A stretch of 64,000 nucleotides of DNA from Candidatus Bathyarchaeota archaeon (lineage in GTDB: Archaea; Thermoproteota; Bathyarchaeia; TCS64), in assembly GCA_963771885.1 (NCBI GenBank), contig CAVYVF010000022.1, positions 192,001 to 256,000 on the forward strand, in the 5' to 3' direction. The first letter of the stretch is position 1; each line of letters starts with the position of its first letter. Under the pieces are notes generated by a model, which did not search any database, was not told the origin of the DNA, and was given only the letters and a program-made list of their open reading frames with translations. The translations under genes were made by a program, and so were the position numbers. Positions 9,935 through 19,696 of this stretch are shown piece after piece.

Positions 9935-11017
9935 TTATAGCCTGTACTCTGAAAACTCATACTCACAGGGCGGCCCGCATGTCGCGTACATTACCTTGTC
10001 CTCGGGTACTATAATGACCGAGGATACGCTCATCGAACGTGCATGTGGAGGCATCTCCTCGTTGGGGTGGCCACATATGGCGTGAGGGTAGTTGCCGTGG
10101 TCCGACATGAAGCGCATCATTATCTCCGGCGTTAGCTCCCCGTAGTGTTGCTCGATCAATCTGTTCAACCTTTGTACACGCACATAGGTGCTCCCCCTGA
10201 CCTCTGGAATGGCGTTGTCCCCCATCTTGAAGCGTGGGTCGTGGTAGTGGTTGCCATGAACGAGCACATCGCGCATAGGCTGCTCCACATTGAAGCCCGT
10301 GGGATGAGTTTCGACACTGAAGATGTCCCCCTCTGCACTGCCTATGATGTAATGGAGCATACTCCGCCCATGCGTGCACATCTCACTTAAGGCGTCGCCC
10401 ATCCGCTTCTGCCTCATCACTTTGGGCATCAAGCAGCAACACGGCACATTGAGCCCCTGCTGGCTCGTCGGGCTAAGGACTACGTTCAGCACTATGCCCA
10501 GCCCCGCGCCCGTGAGCGTCAGCTCTCCGCCGCCCCAGAAAACTAGACTCAGCTCCTTGCCCCCGTCATCCCTCTTGATCCTAACCATATCCAAGGTGAT
10601 GCCAGGGAGGACATCAAAATTCTGACCAATTATCGCCTTTCCGTCCTTTGTGGCGCTGCCCGTGACGGCGAAGGAGGTGCAGAGGGTTTGAAGGTGTTTG
10701 TAGTAGAACCGGAGTTCAAACCAGCACCTGAGGGCAAAAACCTCGTCGAATGAGACGCCGGCGCCCTCAGCCTGCCCCTTGAGCTGGTTGATGAGGACTG
10801 GGTCATACTTCTCCACAGCTGGGAGGTACTTCCTTGTGTTTGCCAGGAGGTCGACCTTATTGGCTCCAGCGCTCGCCTCCATCCGCGTCACGAGAGTGTC
10901 AATGCTCTGGACGATGTTCGCCTTCGCAGCAACTCCATACTGATGCCCTATCTCGTAGGGGGAACCGCTGCACCCTATGATGTCAAGCCTCTGTACTTTT
11001 TTCAAATCGGTCACCAA
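9935..11017 (-). CDS. C45 family Ntn cysteine hydrolase/acyltransferase
   Basis: GSPYEIGHQYG, autoprocessing site L|CTSFA, GQNFD, HGNHY, DH...ICGH, GPPC. Confidence 0.88.
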   Translation of the reverse strand: MVTDLKKVQRLDIIGCSGSPYEIGHQYGVAAKANIVQSIDTLVTRMEASAGANKVDLLANTRKYLPAVEKYDPVLINQLKGQAEGAGVSFDEVFALRCWFELRFYYKHLQTLCTSFAVTGSATKDGKAIIGQNFDVLPGITLDMVRIKRDDGGKELSLVFWGGGELTLTGAGLGIVLNVVLSPTSQQGLNVPCCCLMPKVMRQKRMGDALSEMCTHGRSMLHYIIGSAEGDIFSVETHPTGFNVEQPMRDVLVHGNHYHDPRFKMGDNAIPEVRGSTYVRVQRLNRLIEQHYGELTPEIMMRFMSDHGNYPHAICGHPNEEMPPHARSMSVSSVIIVPEDKVMYATCGPPCEYEFSEYRL

Positions 11018-11278
11018 TGATAAGTAGTCTATATGATGCGTCTACGGGAATTTGGATTTAACACTTATCGGGTAAAATTTCATATCGCCCAACATTTGGT
11101 GGACTAAAGTTTCAGCCAAATAGAGATGATTGAAATAATTTCTTATGTTTCCCGGCAACGCTATGCGTGCGCAGGTTGCTTGACTCAAGACAAACTTACT
11201 GGATGAGTGGGTTCGAGCTACACCCGTCGCAGGGCTCAATGCTTATCCAGAGAAGGGGGAACTCTTAGCTGATCCCAG

Positions 11279-12616
11279 TTGCCTGTCCACCCAATAGAGT
11301 TCAGGTACCGCTACCCCGAGATGTACGCAGTCTTCACAGAGGAGGCGAAGCTGCAGAGCTGGCTCGATGTAGAAGCAGCACTCGCGTGGGCGCACGCTGA
11401 GCTAGATACGATACCCAAGGCAGCGGCGAAGGAGATAGAGAGGAAGGCCAAGGTCGACACGGTTAAGGTGGAGAGGGTCAAGGAGATAGAGGAGAAGACA
11501 AGGCACGACCTCCTCGCCATGGTTTACGCCCTCCAGGAGGTCTGCGAGGGGAACGCCGGCGGCTACATCCACCTCGGTGCGACTAGCTACGACACCGAGG
11601 ACACTGCATTGGCCCTCCAACTGCGCAGAGCTATGGACATTATCGAGGGAGACCTTAAAACGCTTCTCAAGGTGCTGCTCGACAAAGCGGAGGAGCATAG
11701 AGAGACGGTCTGCATAGGGCGCACCCACGGTCAGCACGCCCTCCCAATGACCTATGGATTAAAATTCGCCCTCTGGGCGTCGGAGGTGAGCCGCCACCTC
11801 GATAGACTTTCCGAGACTCGGAAACGCATCGAGGTCGGAAAGATGAGCGGCGCTGTTGGCACGATGGCGAGCTTCGGACAAAAGGGTTTCGAGGTCCAAC
11901 GCCTAACCATGGAGAGGCTCAAACTGGAGCCCGCCTTAGTCACGAATCAGATAATCCAGAGGGACCGTCACGCTGAGCTCCAGTGCCTGCTTGCCCTCAT
12001 CGCAGGCACCCTCGACAAGATAGGGCGAGAGCTCCGCAACCTCCAGCGAACGGAGATAGCTGAGATCAGCGAGCCGATGCGCAGCCCGAGCAGCACGATG
12101 CCTCAGAAGATGAACACCAGCAACACTGAACGCATCTGCGGACTCGCCAGAATCGTCAGAGGGAGCGTGAACGCGAGTCTTGAATCAATCGCCCTTGAGC
12201 ACGAACGGGACATAAGCAATAGCGGAATGGAGCGGGTGAACATCCCCGAGGGTTTCATACTCACCGACTACATCCTCCGTCAGATGACAAGCATCGTGAA
12301 AGGACTCACATTCGACTCGGATAAAATCGAGAAGAACCTGAACATGACCCTCGGGCTCGTCCTCACTGAGCGGGTGATGATCGAGCTAATCTCCAAAGGC
12401 GTTGGGCGGCAGGAGGGACATGAGTTAATGCGGCGCCTTGCCCTCAAGGCATGGAAGGAGAAGCGCTCACTCAGGCATGTTATGGAAGAGGACGAGGAGG
12501 CGACACACCTCATAGCCCCCGCTGAAATGGATGAGTGGCTCAACCCACATACTTACATCGGCACCAGTGTGGAGCAGGTAGACAAGGCCGTAGCCGCGTT
12601 GAAGAAGAAGCTATAG
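11279..12616 (+). CDS. purB: Adenylosuccinate lyase
   Basis: TRHD, HLGATSYD, GRTHGQHA, SSTMPQKMN, HERDISN. Confidence 0.95.
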   Translation: MPVHPIEFRYRYPEMYAVFTEEAKLQSWLDVEAALAWAHAELDTIPKAAAKEIERKAKVDTVKVERVKEIEEKTRHDLLAMVYALQEVCEGNAGGYIHLGATSYDTEDTALALQLRRAMDIIEGDLKTLLKVLLDKAEEHRETVCIGRTHGQHALPMTYGLKFALWASEVSRHLDRLSETRKRIEVGKMSGAVGTMASFGQKGFEVQRLTMERLKLEPALVTNQIIQRDRHAELQCLLALIAGTLDKIGRELRNLQRTEIAEISEPMRSPSSTMPQKMNTSNTERICGLARIVRGSVNASLESIALEHERDISNSGMERVNIPEGFILTDYILRQMTSIVKGLTFDSDKIEKNLNMTLGLVLTERVMIELISKGVGRQEGHELMRRLALKAWKEKRSLRHVMEEDEEATHLIAPAEMDEWLNPHTYIGTSVEQVDKAVAALKKKL

Positions 12617-12700
12617 CATGCGCGCGCATCGAGGAATATTGACTGCCTCTACACAAAGAACAGTTTTACATAGATAAAGCATTGAGAGGATTGAAAATAT

Positions 12701-13381
12701 TTGGATACCCACGCCATAAAGGTCTTTGATTGGGGCAGGGAGCTCATCAAGTGGGTGGCCATAGTCACGATGACGGTTGACCACATCGGGCTTCTATTCT
12801 TCCCCGAGTACCCGATCTTCAGGATCGTAGGCAGGCTCGCGTTCCCCCTTTTCGCTTATCTGCTGGTCCTCGGAATGGAGAGCACACACAATATAAGGGC
12901 TTATTTTACGCGACTACTCGTCTTCGCCGTCCTGTCGCAGGTTCCCTTCACGCTGGTCAATGGCACAGTGTGGTGGGAGTACGTCAACATCTACGGGACA
13001 CTACTACTCGGACTCGCCATGATCTACCTCATCGAGAGGAGCAGCGTCTTCTTCGTTGTCCCACTCGCCTTGTCGGCGGTTATACCCGTCGACTACGGCG
13101 TTTACGGCACTGCGACGGTACTACTCCTCTACCTCTTACGCAAGGACTGGAGGGTGGGCGCCAGCATATTCGTCGTACTCAATCTCGTGCTCGCAGCCAC
13201 GGGGGCGCAAACGCAGCCGTGGTCCATTCTCGCGCTCGTCCCCATACTCATCCACAACTCAGGGAGACTCAGCATCAATTCGGAGAAGGCGCCGGGGCAT
13301 TTGATCTTCAGAAAATACTTTTTCTACGCGTATTACCCAGTTCACCTTGCGGTGCTCTACGTGTTAAAATTGCTCCCCTAG
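12701..13381 (+). CDS. TraX family membrane protein (putative acyltransferase)
   Basis: KWVAIVTMTVDHIG, GRLAFPLFAY, SQVPF, DYG, FFYAYYPVHL. Confidence 0.85.
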   Translation: MDTHAIKVFDWGRELIKWVAIVTMTVDHIGLLFFPEYPIFRIVGRLAFPLFAYLLVLGMESTHNIRAYFTRLLVFAVLSQVPFTLVNGTVWWEYVNIYGTLLLGLAMIYLIERSSVFFVVPLALSAVIPVDYGVYGTATVLLLYLLRKDWRVGASIFVVLNLVLAATGAQTQPWSILALVPILIHNSGRLSINSEKAPGHLIFRKYFFYAYYPVHLAVLYVLKLLP

Positions 13382-13424
13382 CTACGGCGAAACCATTTAT
13401 CATTTCTAAGCATAGTCAGAGGCG

Positions 13425-13880
13425 ATGCTCGAAGCCGAGAGGTTTCTTACAGAAAGGGGGGTACCCTACCGCCTCATCGACCTAACGGACAAGGCCATGA
13501 CGGTTGCCGATGTCCTTCGCTTCAGCAGAGGCGACTTCCCCGCCGAAGAGGTATGCAAGACCGTCATCATGCGCGACTCAGAGGGAGGGTGCTATGCATT
13601 CTTCCTCCAAGGAAACGACCGCGTCGACTTCCTCAAGGCAAAAGGAGCAACGGGAAAGAAGCTCAGGGTCGCGTCGCCTGACGAGGTTCGGGAGGCCGCC
13701 GGCGTCGACCCTGGAGCAGTCTGCCCATTACTCCTACGAATCCCCCTATTCGTGGACATACGAGTCACCAGGCTGCGCCGCGTCAACTTCGGCTCAGGCC
13801 ACCACCTCCACGGCATCGAGTTGACGACGACCGACCTCCTTAGAGTAGTCCCCCACACCGTCACCGACGTAGTCCAGTAA
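13425..13880 (+). CDS. YbaK/EbsC family aminoacyl-tRNA deacylase-like protein
   Basis: VCKTVI, GVDPGAVCP, VNFGSG. Confidence 0.85.
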   Translation: MLEAERFLTERGVPYRLIDLTDKAMTVADVLRFSRGDFPAEEVCKTVIMRDSEGGCYAFFLQGNDRVDFLKAKGATGKKLRVASPDEVREAAGVDPGAVCPLLLRIPLFVDIRVTRLRRVNFGSGHHLHGIELTTTDLLRVVPHTVTDVVQ

Positions 13881-13937
13881 AAGAGAACAAACAAAATAGT
13901 AAAGAAAATAAACATACCCGCATTCACACACACTGAC

Positions 13938-14453
13938 ATGTCCTCGGAGCCACCGAAACCAAAGCCGAAGCGGCAGAAGGCGGAGGAACGCATCGCCGAG
14001 CTAGAACAGCAGCTCACCGACACAGGCAAGCAACTCGAAGCTACTATGAACCAGCTCAAATATGCGAAGGCAGACCTCGACAACCTCCAAAAACTGACGG
14101 GGAGGCGCATCGAAGAAGCGTGCGACAGGAACAACGCCCGCCTGCTGGGCCAGCTGATAACCATAGCAGACGAGCTTAAAATTGTAGCTGCCAGCACGAA
14201 GAACGAGGCGGACAACATGATCCACATAAAGCTCCTCCGGCTTCTCGAAGCCGAGGGTGTTAAGCCCATCGAGGCACAGGGCAAGCCCTTCGACCCCTAC
14301 AAGCACGAGGCGATCCTCGAGGTCGAAACGGACACTTGTCCCCCCAGCAGTGTAGCAGAGGAGATAAGGAGCGGTTACACCTACAAAGACAAGGTACTGC
14401 GCGCCGCCATGGTCAAGGTCGCGAAGGAACCAAGCACAAAAAAGGAAGAGTAA
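13938..14453 (+). CDS. grpE: Nucleotide exchange factor GrpE
   Basis: ADLDN, GKPFDPYKHEA, GYTYKDKVLRAAMVKV; directly upstream of dnaK. Confidence 0.95.
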   Translation: MSSEPPKPKPKRQKAEERIAELEQQLTDTGKQLEATMNQLKYAKADLDNLQKLTGRRIEEACDRNNARLLGQLITIADELKIVAASTKNEADNMIHIKLLRLLEAEGVKPIEAQGKPFDPYKHEAILEVETDTCPPSSVAEEIRSGYTYKDKVLRAAMVKVAKEPSTKKEE

Positions 14454-14456
14454 ACG

Positions 14457-16353
14457 ATGTCTGAGAAACGAGAAAAGATAATAGGAATCGACCTAGGAAC
14501 GACAAACAGCGCCGCCGCGGTAGTAATGGGCGGTAAACCAGTCGTAATCCCAAGCGCTGAGGGCCCGACGGTCGCGGGGAAGATGTTTCCCAGCGTCGTC
14601 GCCTTCACCAAGGACGGACAACTGCTCGTAGGCGAACCCGCGAGACGCCAAGCGGTAACAAACCCGGAAGGCACTGTCCGCGAGGCAAAGCGCCTCATGG
14701 GCACCAGCAAGACAATCACACTCCAGGGGAAGGACTACACACCCCAACAAATCAGCGCCTTCATCCTTCAGAAGATACTCAGAGACTCCGAGACCTTCCT
14801 CGGCGAAAAGGTAACGAAAGCGGTCATCACCGTTCCCGCTCACTTCAACGACAACCAGCGCCAAGCGACCATAGACGCAGGAGAGATAGCGGGGCTAAAA
14901 GTGACGAGGATCGTCAACGAGCCGACCGCAGCAGCACTCGCCTACGGAGTCGACAAAGCCGACAAAGAGCTAAAGATACTCGTCTTCAGCTTCGGCGGAG
15001 GCACAAACGACACCACAGTTATGGATTTCGGAGGAGGAGTCTTCGAGGTCCTCTCCACAAGCGGAGACACACAGACCGGCGGAGCCGACATAGACAAGGT
15101 GATAATGGACTACCTAGTCGACGAGTTCAAGAAGAGCGACAGCGTCGACCTTCGCAGCGACCTCAAGGCTATGGCGCGCCTTAAGGAGGGAGCGGAGAAG
15201 GCGAAGATCGAGCTGAGCGGTGTGCTCAGCACCGACATCGACCTACCATACCTCGCGATGGGTGCGAGGCGGCCCAAAGAACATGCACATTACCCTCACA
15301 CGCGCCAAGCTCGAGCAGATCGCTCGCCCGATAATCGAGCGTATACGTGCGCCCATCAACCGCACCATCGAGGACGCAAAGATTAGCAAAGACAAGATCG
15401 ACAAGGTCATACTCTTCGGAGGAATGACAAAGATGCCCCTCGTCCAGCAGATAGTCGAGGAGACCATCGGCAAAAAGCCGGAGAGGGGTCTTGACCCTAT
15501 GGAGTGCGTAGCAATGGGGGCAGCCATACAGGGCGCCATCATCGCGGGCGAGATCAGCGACATAGTCCTCCTAGACGTCACCCCACTCAGTCTAGGCGTT
15601 GAGACGCTCGGCGGGGTCATGACAAAGGTACTGGAACGCAACACCACGATACCCACAAAGCAGACCCAGACATTCAGCACAGCCGCCGACATGCAGACAG
15701 CCGTCACAATCCACGTCCTCCAGGGCGAGCGCGCCATGGCTAAGGACAACATCAGCCTTGGCCGGTTCGACCTGACCGGCATTCCACCAGCCCCACGCGG
15801 CGTCCCGCAGATTGAGGTAACATTCGACATAAACACCGACGGAGTCCTCAACGTCTCCGCCAAAGACCTTGGCACAGGCAAGAAGATGGGCATCACAATC
15901 CAGGCCTCCACCAAGCTCAACCAAAAGGAAAAGGATCGCATGATGGAGGAGGCCGAGAAGTACGCGGAAGCCGATAAGAAGGCGAAGGAGGAGGCCGAGA
16001 CGAGGAACATAGCGGACAGCCTCGCCTATACAACCGAAAAAACTCTCACAGACGTCGGCGACAAGCTACCAAGCGACCTCAAGAACAAGATCAGCGACAG
16101 CCTCACCGCCCTCAAGGAGGCACTCAAGGGCACAGATATCGAAGCCATCAAGGCGAAGAGCGACGAGCTCACAAAGATCGTCCAAGAAGCCGGAACTGAG
16201 ATATACAAGCAGACTCAAGCAGCCCAGCAACAGCAGCAGCCGAGCCAAGAGCAGGCCCAACCCGGCGCCGAGCAGAACGACACTCAGGGTCCCAAGACCG
16301 TCGACGCCGAGTACAAGGTACACGACGACGAGAAGAAGCCCGACTCTTCCTAA
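14457..16353 (+). CDS. dnaK: Chaperone DnaK/Hsp70 (split by one indel near 15267, probably a sequencing error)
   Basis: [28 protein letters not shown] in the first [26 protein letters not shown] in the second. Removing one base near 15267 restores LAMGAGGPKNMH. Confidence 0.95.
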
Positions 16354-16443
16354 ACCATCAACATTTATCGGAGGCGCACGCGTCACCGGGTAACGTTTTT
16401 AAGCGGTCTGGCTCGGAGAAGACACTGAAACCGGGGGACGAGC

Positions 16444-17565
16444 TTGTCTGCGAAGCGCGATTACTATGAGATACTCGGCATCAGTAAGGACGCGTCCCCC
16501 GAGGAGATCAAGAAGGCGTTCAGGAAGCTCGCATTCGACCTCCACCCCGACAGGAATAAGAATTCCGGCTCTGAGGAGAAGTTCAAGGAGGTAAGCGAGG
16601 CCTATGCGGTTCTGAGTGACCCGGAGAAGAAGCAGAAGTACGATGCTTATGGTCACGCGGGCATCAGTGGTGCCTACAGCCAGGAGGACATCTTCCGCGG
16701 CGCCGACTTCAGCGGCTTCGGCATCGACATGGAGGATATCTTTCGCACATTCTTCGGTGGGGCGTTCGGGGGCGGCTTCGGTGGCTTCCAGCGCCAGCGC
16801 GGCGGACCCCAAAAGGGCAGAGACCTCCAGACAGGTGTTGAGATCACCCTCGAGCAAGCAGCCACAGGAACGAACGTGGAGCTCAACCTCAACCACCTAG
16901 AGCACTGCAGCAGGTGCGGGGGAAGCGGAGCCGAACCCGGGTCAAGCGTCGTGACATGCCCAAAATGTGGGGGATCGGGGCAGGTGCAGAGAAGCGTTCA
17001 AAGCCCATTCGGAAGGATGATCACGGTCACGACATGCGACCGCTGCCAGGGGAGGGGTCGAACGGCTGAGAAGCCATGCTCTAAGTGCCACGGCGACGGT
17101 ATCGAGGAAGCGCGCCGAAAAATCGATGTTAAGATACCCCCGGGCGTTGACAATGAGATGTTCCTCACCCTCCGTGGGCAGGGCGACGCCGGGCTTTACG
17201 GCGGCCCCCCAGGCGACCTCTACGTCGGAATCAACATAAAGCCCCACAAGTACCTCCTCCGCAAGGGTACGGACACGATTTACGAGGCGGAGATTAACGT
17301 CGCCCAGGCAGCGCTTGGCGCCGAGATAACCGTCCCGATAATCGGGGGGCAGGAAAAGATCAAAGTTCAAGCAGGTATTCAGAGCGGCGACATCATCAGA
17401 CTCAAGGGTAAGGGGATGCCCAGCCGCTATGGTAAAGGAGACCACCTCGTGCACGTCACAGTCAAAGTACCTAGCAGGTTAACGAAGCGCCAGCGCGAGC
17501 TCATGGAGGAGCTTTCAAAGGAATTCGGAACCAGTGACCAGCAAAAGAAGGGCTTTTGGAGCTAA
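16444..17565 (+). CDS. dnaJ: Chaperone DnaJ (type I)
   Basis: J domain with HPD, G/F-rich region, four CxxCxGxG repeats. Confidence 0.97.
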   Translation: MSAKRDYYEILGISKDASPEEIKKAFRKLAFDLHPDRNKNSGSEEKFKEVSEAYAVLSDPEKKQKYDAYGHAGISGAYSQEDIFRGADFSGFGIDMEDIFRTFFGGAFGGGFGGFQRQRGGPQKGRDLQTGVEITLEQAATGTNVELNLNHLEHCSRCGGSGAEPGSSVVTCPKCGGSGQVQRSVQSPFGRMITVTTCDRCQGRGRTAEKPCSKCHGDGIEEARRKIDVKIPPGVDNEMFLTLRGQGDAGLYGGPPGDLYVGINIKPHKYLLRKGTDTIYEAEINVAQAALGAEITVPIIGGQEKIKVQAGIQSGDIIRLKGKGMPSRYGKGDHLVHVTVKVPSRLTKRQRELMEELSKEFGTSDQQKKGFWS

Positions 17566-18563
17566 CGCCTGTCGATCAAATCGTCGACGCCAGGCCCCGT
17601 GCCTATGAGAGAGACGGGTATCTTGACCTCGTCCTCAACCTTCTTGACGAACTTTTTCGCGTCAGCGCCTAGCTCTTGGTACTTCTGGGTGCCCTTACAG
17701 TCGGGGAAGAGAACGTCGAGCTTGGTTAGCCCTATCATGGTCGCGCCGTTTATCATCTTGGCGCGGCGAGCAAGTTCATAATCGAAGGGCGCTGCGCGTC
17801 TCTGGCGGCCAGTGACCGTGCCATACTCGTCCCAGCCCCTCTTTTTAGCCTCTTCATGGCTTATTTCTCCGGACAGCTCGCCTCCGCCCACGCGGGTGAC
17901 GTAGCTCTTAAGGACCATCACCACATCAGTAACGCGTGTCGGCCCGACGCCGACATCGCTGCATGCCGCTGCGGCGCAGACGTCCTTGCTCGTGACGTAG
18001 GGATATTGCCCGTAGTATAAGCTGATGAATGTGCCCTGCGTGCCCTCGATGAGCAGGTTCCTACCATCATCCAGCGCCTTGTTGGCGATAGCGGGAACAT
18101 CAGCTAGGTACTTTTTGAGTTCGGGTATCTCACGAGCCATCTTGGCAATGCGCATAACACGGTCCGCGTTACACGGACCGGTGCCAGTTCCGGTCGTTTT
18201 AACGGTGTTCTTCAGGTTTGAGTCTGTCTGGTCGAGTTGTATGTGCTTGGGTTCGATAATAGCGCACTGTGGGTCAATGCCAAAACGCTTCTCGATGCCC
18301 GTCTCGCCGATCTCCTTCAGGACTAGCTCGGGGTTGACAAGCACGCCGGGGCCAATGAGCATCTTCGCCTTGGGGTTGACGAATCCGCAGGGAACCATGC
18401 GCAGCTTGTACGCCTTACCGTCCTTGACGACGGTGTGTCCCGCGTTGGGGCCGACGCCCGCCCTCGCTACGACGGCGACATCGTCAGCAACTGCGAGGTA
18501 GCTGATTATCTTTCCCTTGCCAGTGTCTCCATAGAAACCGTCAACGACGACAGTGCAGCCCAT
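17562..18563 (-). CDS. purA: Adenylosuccinate synthetase (short archaeal type)
   Basis: [40 protein letters not shown]; 333 aa. Confidence 0.96.
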   Translation of the reverse strand: MGCTVVVDGFYGDTGKGKIISYLAVADDVAVVARAGVGPNAGHTVVKDGKAYKLRMVPCGFVNPKAKMLIGPGVLVNPELVLKEIGETGIEKRFGIDPQCAIIEPKHIQLDQTDSNLKNTVKTTGTGTGPCNADRVMRIAKMAREIPELKKYLADVPAIANKALDDGRNLLIEGTQGTFISLYYGQYPYVTSKDVCAAAACSDVGVGPTRVTDVVMVLKSYVTRVGGGELSGEISHEEAKKRGWDEYGTVTGRQRRAAPFDYELARRAKMINGATMIGLTKLDVLFPDCKGTQKYQELGADAKKFVKKVEDEVKIPVSLIGTGPGVDDLIDRR

Positions 18564-18847
18564 CGTGTCTCACCTGAAACCAATGGATTGGGGCGAGACT
18601 ATGCTTTTAACCCTTTTCATCTAAAGTCTGAGGGTTATTTAATCTCTATAATTGACTAATCGGTGTAATAAAGTCTTCGATGAACTGGACCCTGTACGTC
18701 CTCAGATTGCATCCCTCGACACAACAACGAGAACCTTTGGATAAGGGATCTAACCAATATTACATCTGCTGTGATTAGCAGACGCTCTTGACTGATACGT
18801 GTAAGGGGGCAAACCCCTATACGCGCCGCTCAACACCATTAAGCGGG

Positions 18848-19645
18848 TTGACAAAACAGGTCGCCATCATAACCGTCGGCAACGAGATACTCGACGGCAT
18901 CATACTCGACACAAACACGAAGTGGATGATCGAGCGCCTCAAGCCGCTAGGGCTCATGGTCGAGGAGGTGCTTATCGTCCGCGACGACGTGCCCGAGATC
19001 GCCCGCGCCATAAGGAGGGCGGTAGAAGACGGCTGCGACCTAATCATAACAAGCGGCGGCCTCGGCCCCACACACGACGACATGACTCTCAAAGGCGTCG
19101 CAGAGGCGTTTAACCTCCCCCTGGAGGTCAACGAGGAGGGCCTCGCCATAGTCGCCCGCCAGTACAGGCAGCTTCATGATGCCGGGAGGATAGAGTCCGG
19201 GGAGATCACGGAGGCCCGCAAGAAAATGGCGATCTTCCCCAAAGACGCGCGTCCACTCGATAACAGGGTCGGAGGAGCCCCCGGAGTCTTACTCCACGGT
19301 GACGGCGCCGACATCATCTCCCTACCCGGCGTCCCATACGAACTAATGTGGATATTTGACAACCAGCTCATACCACACGTGAGCGAGCACATCGAGGGAG
19401 TGTACTTCGAGAAGGTGCTCAGCCTCCCCCTGAGGGACGAGTCGACGCTCGCGCCGCTAATAGACGACGCGATGAGGCGGGTCCCTGGCGTTTGGATAAA
19501 GTCGCTGGTCAAGCCTTACGGTGAGCGGGGGATTAAGTTCTGGGTGAGCGCCCGCGGCGGGGATCGCGCTGAGCTAGAGGCAAGGGTCGAGGAAGCGATT
19601 CGTATCCTCATAGGGCTCACGGGGGAGCGCCTCCCTATGGGTTAG
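18848..19645 (+). CDS. CinA N-terminal / molybdopterin-binding domain protein (COG1058-like)
   Basis: TVGNEILDG...DTN, SGGLGPTHDDMT, GAPG, LPGVP; no C-terminal deamidase domain. Probable TTG start 18848. Confidence 0.85.
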   Translation: MTKQVAIITVGNEILDGIILDTNTKWMIERLKPLGLMVEEVLIVRDDVPEIARAIRRAVEDGCDLIITSGGLGPTHDDMTLKGVAEAFNLPLEVNEEGLAIVARQYRQLHDAGRIESGEITEARKKMAIFPKDARPLDNRVGGAPGVLLHGDGADIISLPGVPYELMWIFDNQLIPHVSEHIEGVYFEKVLSLPLRDESTLAPLIDDAMRRVPGVWIKSLVKPYGERGIKFWVSARGGDRAELEARVEEAIRILIGLTGERLPMG

Positions 19646-19696
19646 ACGTCAAACCAGACTTATATCGAGCCGCCTCCAAGCCATAGGGGAATAGAG

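Noticed and set aside
16205..16280. CAG-rich repeat
   Set aside because: It encodes the ordinary Gln-rich disordered DnaK tail.
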